A DNA stretch of 64,000 bases from Cyanophora paradoxa CCMP329 (Eukaryota > Plantae > Glaucophyta), in the NCBI GenBank assembly GCA_004431415.1, contig QPMI01000400.1:1-64000 (forward strand). The letters are read 5' to 3'. The translations under genes were made by a program, and so were the position numbers. Positions 24,433-35,363 of the stretch are shown piece after piece. How positions within the stretch are numbered: position 1 is the stretch's first letter; the number at the start of each line of letters is the position of its first letter. The notes below the pieces were generated by a model, which was not told where the DNA came from, searched no databases, and saw only the letters and a list, made by a program, of their open reading frames with translations.

Positions 24433-24705
24433 ATGGATAGTAAAACAAAAAAGTTTATTGATGCTGCTATGACAGTTCATGGTAAAGATAAATTCGATTA
24501 CAGTGAGACACATTACATCAAAGCTCAAGAGAAAGTATCTGTTAGATGTTTGCAGTGTAATAAAGTGATCCTTACCTATCCCTTTAATCATGTGAAGGGA
24601 TCAGGTTGCAGGGAATGCAACAAAAAACATTCTCAGGCTTACAGGAAAAGGGCTACTTCATCAATCAAAGTAGAGTACAGGGATATTTGCATTAGGTTCG
24701 ATTAG
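24433..24705 (+). CDS. Small Zn-finger protein (DUF723/homing-endonuclease-associated type repeat)
   Basis: FIDAAMTVHGKDKFDYS...CLQC...NHVKGSGCREC. Confidence 0.7.
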   Translation: MDSKTKKFIDAAMTVHGKDKFDYSETHYIKAQEKVSVRCLQCNKVILTYPFNHVKGSGCRECNKKHSQAYRKRATSSIKVEYRDICIRFD

Positions 24706-24734
24706 GATTAATTAATTTTTCTAAGGTATTCTTA

Positions 24735-25133
24735 ATGGAGACTAAATACAGAGGCTTTCATGTTATGCTTGATTACAAGGCTAAATCAGCTATTGCAACA
24801 GGACATGAGCATGTTAGCTTCCTAGGTAATTGGATTATGGGAACCCTTGAACAAGCAATATTGAGACAAGGTATTAGGATTGTTCATAAACACTGTGAGA
24901 TATTTGATGGCAAACTATCACCTCCTGGTTTTGCTTTGGTTCTGCTATTAGATGAAAGCCATTGTACAGCTCATTGTTATTCCAATGAAGGCATGTTAGC
25001 AATTGATATATTCAGTTGTGGTAAAGAAGCTCAGCATAAAACACAATCAGTAGCAGATGAGATCGATAAAACAATGAATTTCTTAACATTTGAGAAGACT
25101 GAGAGACATAAACATGATAGATTCCCGTTTTGA
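24735..25133 (+). CDS. speD: Prokaryotic-type S-adenosylmethionine decarboxylase proenzyme
   Basis: 132 aa; GFHVMLD, PPGFALVLLLDESHCTAHCY (E|S pyruvoyl cleavage site), AIDIFSCG. Confidence 0.85.
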   Translation: METKYRGFHVMLDYKAKSAIATGHEHVSFLGNWIMGTLEQAILRQGIRIVHKHCEIFDGKLSPPGFALVLLLDESHCTAHCYSNEGMLAIDIFSCGKEAQHKTQSVADEIDKTMNFLTFEKTERHKHDRFPF

Positions 25134-25594
25134 TGGGTTTCTATAATGAATTTCTAAAGGATTCCTTTGTTTTCTAACAATAACATTGATAAGCTACTGT
25201 AACAAAAAGATATAATATATCCTTTCACTACAGTAGCTTTATACAATGATTATTTTCCGGATTCCGGACATTTTTTACGATAGAATTCTATTGTAAGTAA
25301 TTGGAATAATGTTCGATTTCATTACAGTAAAACTCAACATTCCCCTTGATTCCCCCTATTATATAATATTTATATTAAAGTGGACTCAAGGTTGACTCAT
25401 ATTAATCGTAAAAGTAGTAATAGTATATGGATTTTGTTACGAATTCAATGCAAGGGTTGACTAAGTGGGTTGAGTTGACTCAAATTTCACAGGAAATAAC
25501 AATGAATCAGAGTATAAAATGCATTTTTTGAATCAACTACACCAACTAACACTGAGAAAGTAGGTTATAACATATAGTATTACCATATATGGTT

Positions 25595-25777
25595 TGTCAG
25601 GCACTATAATATAGTTGTCAGGCACTAATATAGTATGTCAGGCATTGTCAGGCACCTTTTTAGAAAACTTTTATAAAATTGAAATTTCATTGTTAATCCA
25701 AACAATGACTTAGCCAAAATAAAATACTTTATGAAAATCGATAGATTAAATGCCTGACAAATAAATGCTGCCTGAAA
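25595..25777 (+). repeat. Iteron module copy 3
   Basis: TGTCAGGCA at 25595, 25616, 25636, 25646; opposed copies at 25751 and 25769 (degenerate); spacer homologous to copy 2. Confidence 0.85.
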
Positions 25778-26029
25778 GATTATACATAACATTTCTAAGG
25801 GTCCCCCCTTAGACTCAACAAAACAATGATAATAACATATCAATTTCATGTATAATTACGATTGAATTCAATAAGAGATCGATTTGTTTTATTTAACAAA
25901 TGAATCTTTTATGGATCTTAATCGAGTTTAGCGATATGTTTCCGATTAAATGAATTAAATTTAATTAAATTTAATCGAGAAAGTACATGAATATAATATC
26001 GATTAAATCAATTAACTTTTAGACCAATC

Positions 26030-26312
26030 ACACATAGTAAAATGCGGAGTTTTAACCAGAGGCAAGATCTAATTGAGATTCAGTTATATTATTCGGAAAC
26101 ATATACAGATTATCGATTCACTCAGTAAGACTAATCGGAAAATAAGAGAAATTTACGATAAAATATCGAAAAGAATACAAAATAATCGAAATAATTGAAT
26201 ATTCGATAAGATATACACAGATTATCGATTGATTGAAATAGAATATACGAGATATATCAACAAAATCAATTAAGATAAGCCGAGGGTTAAAACTCCGCAT
26301 TTTACTATGTGT
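26030..26312. repeat. 28-bp perfect inverted repeat at element terminus
   Basis: ACACATAGTAAAATGCGGAGTTTTAACC (26030-26057) is the reverse complement of 26285-26312; imperfect extension inwards. Confidence 0.9.
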
Positions 26313-26781
26313 CGCCACCTCCACCCCGCCCCCCGGTGCCCCCGCCCCGCCCGGCCCCGCCCTGCGGCGCCCCTCGAGCGGGGCGGGGCAGTGGTGTGGC
26401 GGGGCCCGGGCCCGCTTGCGCTGGCGGGGGTGGAGGAGGAGGAGGCGGGGGCGGCGGGGGGCGGCCCCAGCGCCCTCGCCCGCGAGCTCCACCGCAGCAG
26501 CTCCATCGCGTCCGTGCCCCCATCACCTCTCCCACGCCCCGTCTCTCTCCTCTCACCCCGCCCTCAGCACGGGGATGCGGAGCCGGGGGAAGGGGGCGGG
26601 GTGGGGCGGGGGCGGGGGCGGGGCGGGGGTGGAGGGGCGGCTGGGGGCGCTGCAGGCGGCGGTGGAGGGGCTCGCGCGGGGCCAGGAGGCCCTCCACTCC
26701 GCCCTCCGCTCCCTCACGCCCCTCCCCGCCCCCGGGGCCCCGTCCCCGGCCCCGGTCCGCACCCTCCTCCCCCGCAACTGA
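26313..26781 (+). CDS. Probable 3' end of a host gene interrupted by the viral insertion
   Basis: GC-rich coding-like sequence ending ...VEGRLGALQAAVEGLARGQEALHSALRSL...PRN* with no 5' part in the window. Confidence 0.4.
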
Positions 26782-27879
26782 AGGCGCTTCGATTCGAGGC
26801 CTCGCGCTCATCGCGTCTTGATCACGATCGCGCGCAGCGGCAGGGGGCCCCGGATGCCCTCGAACAGAAAGCACACAGCGGCAAGCAGCAGTGAGCGTGT
26901 GCAGAAATTCGCTCCCGGGCGCGCGATCCCCCGGCCCGGAACCGAGCTTTTAGCGCTAGCTTGGAGGACTCGGGGCCTGCGCATGCTCATGATCATGATC
27001 ACCAACTGCCAGACCATCACTGATGATCATGATCATGGCGTCACATTTGCGTAGATTGAACCGATCGCGAAGCAGGGACTCTGAGACTGTAAATTTGAAG
27101 CAGTGTACCATATCGCTCAGAAAGCCGCTGAGCCTTGAAGGCCTAGGTCCTATCACGTGCGACAAGTGTACATGTACGTCTGCCGCCACCGGTACCGCCG
27201 CCGTGGCCGCGCGACCAGGTGCACCGTGGCACAGTGCACTGCGGCACTGCGGCACTTAAAACTTGAAAACTGAATGCTCAAGGCAAGGCTTCAAGGGGGG
27301 GGGGGACCCGGCGGGTGGGCGCCGTTCTTCAACGCTCAGCGGCTAGCCTAGTAGCCTAGTTAGTAGCGCTTCAAAGCTTCTAGCTTCAAGGCTTAGCCTT
27401 CAAGGCTTGGCCCAGTGGAGCGGCACTCCTATCACTTGGAGTCCCATCACTCATTCAAGTCCCATCATTATCTTGGAGTCCCATCACTCACGATCATTCA
27501 AAATGCGGCAGCTCAGCGGCTGCTAAATTCAATGATTTGCGAGCTCAGAATGTCATGATGAACATCCGGTGACCATCGGACTGATTTCTGCAGCCTCTCA
27601 GCTGCTCCGAACCCCCTCTCAGAGTCTAGATCTGCTGTTCAACGGTTGCATCATCACGGCATTTTGTGCCCGCGTGCCACAGTGCCAAGCTGCCAAGCCT
27701 TGAAGCCCATGGCCAAAGGGTTTGACTTTGCAAGCTGCCGCAAAGCCAGGCTGCCATGTCGACGTCGCAACCGTGCGGCCGCATGGGTAATGGGGACGCA
27801 GGGTGTTCGTGGCCATGGGGAGGTCGTGCGCGTGGGAGGCTTGGGGGTGTGGCAGGCCTAGCTATAGGGGTTGGCCAAC

Positions 27880-30800
27880 TACAGGGCGTGGGCGGGGGCG
27901 GCGGGGGCCGGCTGGGGGACGCCCCCGGCCCCGCGCGGGCGAGCAGCTCGAGCTCCCCCGCCGCCGAGAGGGGCCGCCGCCGCCCCGCCCCGCCCCGGCC
28001 CGCCCGCCCCGCCGCCCCGGCGCCGCCCGGCGGAGCGGCGCCGCCCTTGCGCGCCAGGAGCTCCTGCGGTGCGGGGGGCGGGCTGGGTCGGCTGGGGCGC
28101 TGCGGGGCGGGGGGGAGCTGGACGGGGCGGGGCACCTGGTAGGCCTCGAGCATACGGGGGAGGTGGGAGGCGGCGAGCGCCGGCGAGTGCCGCACGAGCC
28201 GCAGCGAGAGCGCCTGCGGACGCGCCGCTCAGGTGGCGGGGGCTCGGGGCGGGCTGGCGGGGCGGGGCGGGGGGCGGGCCATCCAGCGCTCGGCGGCGTC
28301 GAGGCGGGCGGTCTTCTGGGCGAGGGCGCCCTCCTGCCACGCCCCAGCTGCCATCCACTCCACCTGCCCGCACCCGCCCCTCAGCCCGCCCCGGCCCCGG
28401 CCCCCTCGCCGGCCGCGGCGCACCTCCTCGGCCGGCACGCGCCCGCGCTCCGCCTCCGCCAGCGCCCCAGCCTGCCTCGCGACCACGCTCAGCGGCAGGG
28501 GCGGTGCTGCTCGGGAGGGGCGGGGCGGGCCAGGCGGCGGCGGCCTCGAAGGCCGGGATGGCGAGGTCGCGGGGCCGCCCCTCCAGAGCCACCTCCGCCT
28601 GCCGCCGCAGCAGGCCCGCTGCCCCCCGCCCCCTCAGCTCTAAGAGCGGGGCGGGGCAGGGGCGGGGGCGCGGACCGACGCGGGGGAGGTCGGCGGGGCG
28701 CTCGGCCTGGCGCAGCGCGAGGGCGCCCCGCAGCGCCGCCCCTCCACCTCCCGCCCCGCCCCGCCGGCCCCCGCTGCTGCGCCGCCGGGCGCCTGGCGAG
28801 CCCTCGGGGGTTGGAGGAAGCGGAGAGGGGATGGAGGGGGAGCGGACGCGGGCGTGGGCGGCGAGGGAGGCGAAGCGCTCCCAGAGGGCGGCGCGGCGCG
28901 CCTCGGGACGGCGGCGGCGAGGGAGGGGAGGGCGGCGGGGAGGCCCGCGTCCCCGAGCAGCAGCCGCCCCTCGAACTCCGCCGCCTGCACCTCCTCCCAC
29001 GCCTCCGCCCCCGCACCCTCCCCCGCCCCGCCCCCTCCGCCCCGCCCCGCCCGCGGGGTCGGCACGGCGGCGGCGGCGGCGCGGGCGCGGGCGGCGAGGG
29101 CGAGGGCGGCGCGCAGGTCGGCGTCGGCCTGCTTGGGGCGCGCCGCCGCCGCGGGGCCCTCCTTGTCGGGGGCGGCGAGGGCGGCGCGGGCGCAGTCGAG
29201 GAGGGCGCTCGCTGCCAGGAGCGCCGCCCCGCGCGCCGTCTCCACCCACCGGCCCGTCGCCGGCTGCTGCAGCTCCGCCAGCTGCCGCCCCCGCTCAGCC
29301 GCAGGCACCCGCGCGGCGCGGCGAGGCCCGCCTCCAGGACGGCGTTGAAGAGGTCGGCGGCGGGGCGCGTGGCGCCGGCCTCCGCCGCCGCCGCCCCGCG
29401 TGCCACCCCGCCCCGCACAGCCACTCCAGCTCCTCCCTGCGCCCCGGGCCGCAGTCGTACTTGGCCGTGCGGCGGTTTGGGGAGGGGAGGGGCGGGGCGG
29501 GCCCGGGGCTGGCGAGGAGGCGCGCTGGCCCGTCGGCGCGGAGGCGGGCGGCGGCGGCTTGGAGGTAGCGGGCGGCGCGGGCCCACGCCCCCGCCCCTCC
29601 CCCGCCTCCCCAGCGTCGTCTGCGCGCGCGCGCCCTCAGCGGCGCCGGCGCGGGAAGGGAGGCGGGAGGGGCGGGGGCGCCTTGAGGAGGGCGCGGAGGG
29701 CGGCGCCGTAGAGGGGGCCCGCCCCGGGGCCCTCCGCCTGCACGAGGCCCTCCAGCGCCCGCACCGCCGCCCCGCGCCGCCCCGCCTGCGCCCCGCTGAG
29801 AGGGGCGGCGGGACCGGGGCGCGGGGCGGACGGCGTGGGCGTCCTGGGCGGCGACGGCGAGGAAGGGGCCTCGAAGTCGGGGGCGGCGGCGAGGCGCGCC
29901 AGCTGCTCGCACGCCCCCGCCTCGTCCCCCGCCTCCAGCGCCACCCTGCGCGAGGGCGCCGCTGAGGGCGCGCGGGGCGGGGCTGGGAGCGGGGGGCGGG
30001 GGCCTGTAGAGGAGGTAGCGCGTCTTCGCCGACGCCGGCTCCGTCTGCTCCGCCCGCCGCGCCATCCGCCCCGCCTCCTCCGGCTGCTTGATCGCCAGCA
30101 TGCAGTAGCCTGGCCCGGGCCTCGGCGGGGCCGAGGGGGACGGCAGGGGCGGCGGGCGGGCACCGAGGAGGCGCTGGCACTTGCCGAGGGCGCCAGCGTC
30201 CCGCTCCCCCTCCCGCCGCTCCTGCCCGCGCCCCTCGCCGCCCCGCGCCGGCGGGGGGCGGGGGGCGGGGGCGGGCCTGGAGGAGGAGGAGGGCGCGGCG
30301 GAACCAGTCGAGGGCGGGGCGGAAGTCGCGGCGCTGGAAGAGGGCGCAGGCCTGGTTCCACGCCAGCACGTACAGCGAGCCCACCGCCTGCGCAGCCTCA
30401 CCCCGCACCGCGCGCCTGCCCCGGGGCGGGGCGGGGCGGGGGCGGGGGCGCCTCGGGGGCGGGGCGCTCGGGGGCGGGCCGGCGGCGGGCCCCGCGCGGA
30501 GCAGGTCCCGCGTCGCCGCGTCGATCACCTCCCCGGCCTGCGGGCCGGGCCCCGTGGGGCCCGCCCTCGGAGGCGGCGGGGGGCGGGCGGGGCGGGGGCG
30601 CCTTGTGGGGGTCGAAGGCGGCGGGGTCGGGCGAGAGGAGGAGCTCGGCGTAGCGCGCGCGCACGGCCCCCGCCTGCGCCCCCTCCAGCCGGGCCAGCAG
30701 CCGCTCGTAGGCCGCCCCCGCCGCCGCGAACGCCTTCCCCGCCACGAAGAGCTCGATCGCCAGCAGCGCCCTGCGCCGCCCCCGCACGTCGCCCCCGGCA

Positions 30801-32247
30801 ACGCGCGCGGGCGCGGGGCGGGACGGGGCGCGCGAGTTGGCGTCGACGGCGGGGTCGTCCGCCAGCGCCGCCAGGGCCCGCTGCGCGCCGCGTCGGCGAC
30901 GGCGCTCGCCGAGGTCCCGGGGGAGGGCCCAGGGGCGGGCGGCGGGGCGGACCTCGGCCTCCTCGGGCTCGCCGCGGGCGAGGGCGGCCTTGCAGAGGAG
31001 GTAGCGCCCCGCGGCGCTCTCCTCGATGGCCAGCGCCGCCTCGACGGCCGCCTGCGCCTCCGCGAGGCGGCCCTCCTCGAGCAGCGCCGCCGCCAGCAGC
31101 CGCGCGTGCCGCCCTGCTGCGCCGCCTCCGGCCGCCCCGCCGCCTCGTACACCTGCCCCGCCTCGGGCCCCGCCTCGCAGCCGGGGCGGGGGCGGGGGCG
31201 GGGGCGGGCCTCGAAGGCGAGCTTGAGCCAGCGGGCGGCGTCGGCGAACTCGCGGCGCTGGTACCCCTCGAGGCCGAACCCGAAGCAGAGGCGCGCGAGC
31301 TCCTCCGCCTGACCCGGCAGCTCGCCCAGCAGCCCCCGGGCCCGCGCCACCAGCTCCCAGCACGCCCCCCGCTGCGCCGCGCCCCCGGACCACGCCTGCC
31401 CGCGCGCCGCGTGAGCGCCTCCTCGAGGGGCAGGAGCGCCGGCCGGGCACCAGCTCGGCGCGGTCGAGGAGCAGCTCGAATAGGGCGGCCGCCTGCTCGG
31501 GGCGCCCGGCGGCGCCCTCGGGGCCCTCGGAGGGGCGGCCGTCGGCCCGCGCGAGCTGCTCCCACGCCTCCGTCGCGCTCCCGTACGCGCTCTCCGCCAT
31601 CTCCGCGCTCTGGGCGCCCCGCGTCAGCGCGCCCCGCCCGCTGGCCATGGCGCCCCGGGATCGTCACCTGCGCCACGAGCCACGTCCGGCCCGTCCGCGT
31701 CCAGAAGCGGACCACGGTGAGGAGGTCGACTGCGGAGGCCGCCTTCCCGCCAGCCGCGAGGCTCATCAAATCCGAGGCCAAATGCCGAACTGCAGCGTGC
31801 TCAGCGCTACGGAGTGCAAAAGAGCGAAATTGGAAGGAAGCAGCGGAAGCTGGGGAGCGGCGGCAGCGCGGTGCGCGGAGAGACGCGCTTTTGGCGACGG
31901 TCCCGTGCGCCTCGACGTTGTCAGGGTCCTCGCAGTTGCGCATGAGAACGGCTGCAGAATTCCACACGCGGTACGCGGACTGCGAAGGCCGCCAGAATCC
32001 TGAGGCGCGGCAGCACTAGCCCGCTAGCGTACGTACTTTCCGGAGCGCGCCGAAGTCCGAAGCGATCGAACCGCGCGTAAGCAGTGCCCGCATCTCGCTT
32101 ACGGCCTTCGATTCGGCCGCAAGGTCGACGGACACGGAATTTGACTCGATCGCGCGCAGAAGGCCTGCGAATCGCATCAGGTGCACTGAAAAAGCGCGTG
32201 GGGCTCGACAGCGCTGGCGCACGCTCGGCCTCCTCCGACGTGGACAT
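27880..32247 (-). CDS. ZIP4: ZIP4/SPO22/TEX11 meiotic TPR protein (multi-exon; 3' end approximate)
   Basis: WNSAAVL, AVRHLASDLMSLA...RFWTRTGRTW, LAWNQACALFQRRDFRPALDWFRRAL and EELEWLCGAGWHAG match recalled ZIP4/TEX11 blocks. Confidence 0.72.
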
Positions 32248-32306
32248 TTTCAAGGCGAAGTTGTTGGATTGCGTACCCTCCCCCTCACACTAAAGCTCGC
32301 CGAAAC

Positions 32307-35170
32307 ATGCCGGACCCGGAGCGCGAATCTAGCGTGAGTCCGCGCTCGCAGCCCTAGGAGAACGAGAGAAGCTCGCCCCTGTTAGAGCGGCCCTTCGCCT
32401 CGCGTGCCCCTCCGTGCTGACCCGCGCGTTCCCTGGCAGTATGGTGTCATTCACTCCGTCTCCGGACCCGGTGCGTCGAGTCTGGTTCTCGCCTCCGCGC
32501 TCGGGCTCACCGCGCGCGTCTCTGGACAGTCGTGGTCGCGGAGCGGATGTCGGGTGCCGCCATGTACGAGCTGGTGAGCCTTTCGCGTCGTATCCACGAG
32601 AAATGGGGGGCTTGGCACCCCAGTCTTCAATCTCTCTAACGCCGAATCTAGGTTCGCGTCGGGCCGACCGAGCTCGTCGGCGAAATCATTCGTCTGAAGG
32701 GCGACACGGCCACGATCCAAGTTTACGAGGAAACCGGTTAGCTTGGCGAAGGGCCCCATTCGTCGCGCCTCCCGCTCATCTCGCTCCTCCAGCTGGTCTC
32801 ATGGTCGGCGATCCCGTGCTGCGCACGGCGAAGCCTCTCTCTTGCGAGCTCGGCCCCGGTCTTCTCGGGTGCATTTTCGACGGTATTCAGCGCCCGCTGG
32901 AGGTGCGCCACGCAGCCGCCGCGCAGTGGAGCTCCCGCCTGCCGGCTGACCTTCCTCCGTCCTGCTTGCAGACCATCGCGAAGCAGTGCAAGGATGTGTA
33001 CCTGCCTCTCGGTGTGAACGTGCCCGCTCTGGACAAGAAGGCGAACTGGGAGTTCAAGCCCGTCTCGTTCAAGGTCCGCCTCGTCGCTTCGCATCGCGCG
33101 CCCCGTGGGCCCGAGCGCGCCGGGTGCAGGTCGGGGACCTGATCACGGGTGGAGACATTTACGGCACTGTGTTCGAGAGCGCGCTGGTGACGCAGAAGAT
33201 CATGCTGCCGCCCAACGCGATGGGCCGCATCACCTACATCGCCCCCGCCGGCACGTACACCCTCGAGGCACGCCCCCGTTTTCTTCCTTCCTTCCTTCCT
33301 TCCTGCGCCGGCGCGCGGGCTGAGAACGGGGGCGCGCAGGACAAGGTCATGGAGATCGAGTTCCAGGGGAAGAAGCAGTCGTTCACGATGCTGCAGACGT
33401 GGCCCGTCCGCTCGCCGCGGCCTGTCGTCGAGAAGCTCATGGCCGACCACCCGCTCCTCACCGGCCAGCGCGTCCTCGACGCCCTCTTCCCGTCCGCCCC
33501 GCCCCGCCCCGCCCCGCCCCGCGCTGGGCGCCGGCCGACCCGGCGGGGCGGGGCAGGTCGGTGCTGGGCGGGACGTGCGCCATCCCCGGGGCGTTCGGGT
33601 GCGGCAAGACGGTGATTTCGCAGGCGCTCTCCAAGTTCTCGAACTCGGACGCCATCGTGTACGTCGGCTGCGGCGAGCGCGGCAACGAGATGGCGGAAGT
33701 GCTCAAGGACTTCCCCCACGTGCGCCGGCGCCTCCGCCCCGCCCTCGCCCGGGCGGGGTCGGGGCCGAGGCGGGGCGGGGCGGCAGCTGACGATGACGGT
33801 GAACGGGCGGGAGGAGTCGATCATGAAGCGCACGATCGTCGTCGCCAACACCTCCAACATGCCCGTCGCCGCCCGCGAGGCCTCCATCTACTCCGGTCCC
33901 CCCCGCCCCCCGCCCCGGCCCCCGGCCGCCCCGCCCCGCCCCGCCGGCCTGACGCGGCGGGGCGCAGGCATCACCATCGCCGAGTACTTCCGCGACATGG
34001 GCTACAACATTTCTATGATGGCTGACTCCACCTCCCGCTGGGCCGAGGCCCTGCGTGAAATTTCCGGCCGTCTCGCTGAGATGCCCGCCGGTGCGCCCCC
34101 GCTCCGCGCCCCCCCCCCCCCCCCCCCCCCGGCCCCCGCGGGCGCCGGCGAGCGGCGGGGGGCAGACTCCGGGTACCCGGCGTACCTGGGCGCGCGTCTG
34201 GCGTCGTTCTACGAGCGCGCCGGCAAGGTGGCGTGCCTCGGCAGCCCCAAGCGCCTCGGCTCCGTCACCATCGTCGGAGCGTGCGCCCGCCCCGCCCCCC
34301 GCCCCACCCCGTCGGCGCCGGGACCGACGGGCTTGCGCAGCGTGTCGCCGCCGGGCGGTGACTTCTCGGACCCCGTGACGGCGTCGACGCTGTCGATCGT
34401 GCAGGTCTTCTGGGGCCTCGACAAGAAGCTGGCGCAGCGGAAGCACTTCCCCTCGGTGAACTGGCTCCTCTCGTACAGCAAGTACACCAAGGCGCTGGAG
34501 GCGTGGTACGACCAGCACGACAGCGAGTTCCAGAGCCTGCGGACGACCTTCCGCGAGATCCTCCAGACCGAGGAGGACCTCAACGAGATCGTGCAGCTCG
34601 TCGGCAAGGACTCGCTCGCCGAGTCGGACAAGATCACGCTCGAGATCGCCAAGATTATCCGCGAGGACTTCCTCGCCCAGAACGCCTACTCCACGTCCGC
34701 ACGCCCCGCCCCGCCCCCCGCCCCCGCGCCCCCGGCCCCCCGCCGCCGGCTCAACCCCGGGGCGGGCAGGTACGACAAGTTCTGCCCCTTCTACAAGTCG
34801 GCGTGGATGATGCGCAACGTCTGCGAGCTGTACCACCAGAGCCAGAAGGCCGTCGAGAGCAGCAGCGCCGAGAACAAGGCCCGCCCCTTTGCCTGCTGCG
34901 CGGGGCCGGGCCGGGCCGGGGGGCTGACGGGGGTGCGGGGGGCAGGTGACGTGGAACAAGATCAAGGGGGCGCTGGGCCCGCTCATCTTCAAGGTGTCGG
35001 CCCAGAAGTTCGAGGACCCGGCGGAGGGCGAGGCGGCCCTCTCCGCCAAGTACAAGGCCCTCCAGGACGAGATCCAGAACGCCGTGCGCCCGCCCCGCCC
35101 CGGCCCCCAGCCCCCCCCGCCCCCCCGCCTCACCCCGCCCCAGTTCCGCAACCTCGACGAGTCCCTGTGA
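32307..35170 (+). CDS. ATP6V1A: V-type H+-ATPase catalytic subunit A (multi-exon)
   Basis: [82 protein letters not shown]. Confidence 0.97.
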
Positions 35171-35363
35171 GGGGCCTCTGCCCCGCCGCACCCCGCGGCC
35201 CCTCGAGCCCCCACCCGGCCCCCTCCACCCGCGCGCCGCCCCTCCCGCCCCGTCGTCGACGCCCCCCTCGCCCCCGCCCCGCCCGTCTGCCCCCTTCGGT
35301 CGGAGTACCGTCATGTTTTTTAACTAGCGAGAAACGCACAGTGTAGTCGGTTGAGCCTGTGCG

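Larger units (their letters stand above)
1..26312. mobile_element. Endogenous Polinton-like virus / Maverick-like element (right part; left end outside window)
   Basis: AT-rich intronless block with integrase, pPolB, TVpol-SF3 helicase, packaging ATPase, MCP, pentons and fibre; abrupt switch to very GC-rich host DNA after ...TTTTACTATGTGT at 26312. Confidence 0.93.

Noticed and set aside
1-26312. Bacterial prophage or contaminant (speD, phage-tail repeats)
   Set aside because: No terminase/portal and no consistent Shine-Dalgarno pattern; core genes are Polinton/PLV type
27425-27500. Short GAGTCCCATCA repeats
   Set aside because: Three or four degenerate copies only, with no further structure
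32307-35170. VMA1-type intein in V-ATPase A
   Set aside because: GCGERGNE is contiguous; the interruptions are spliceosomal introns
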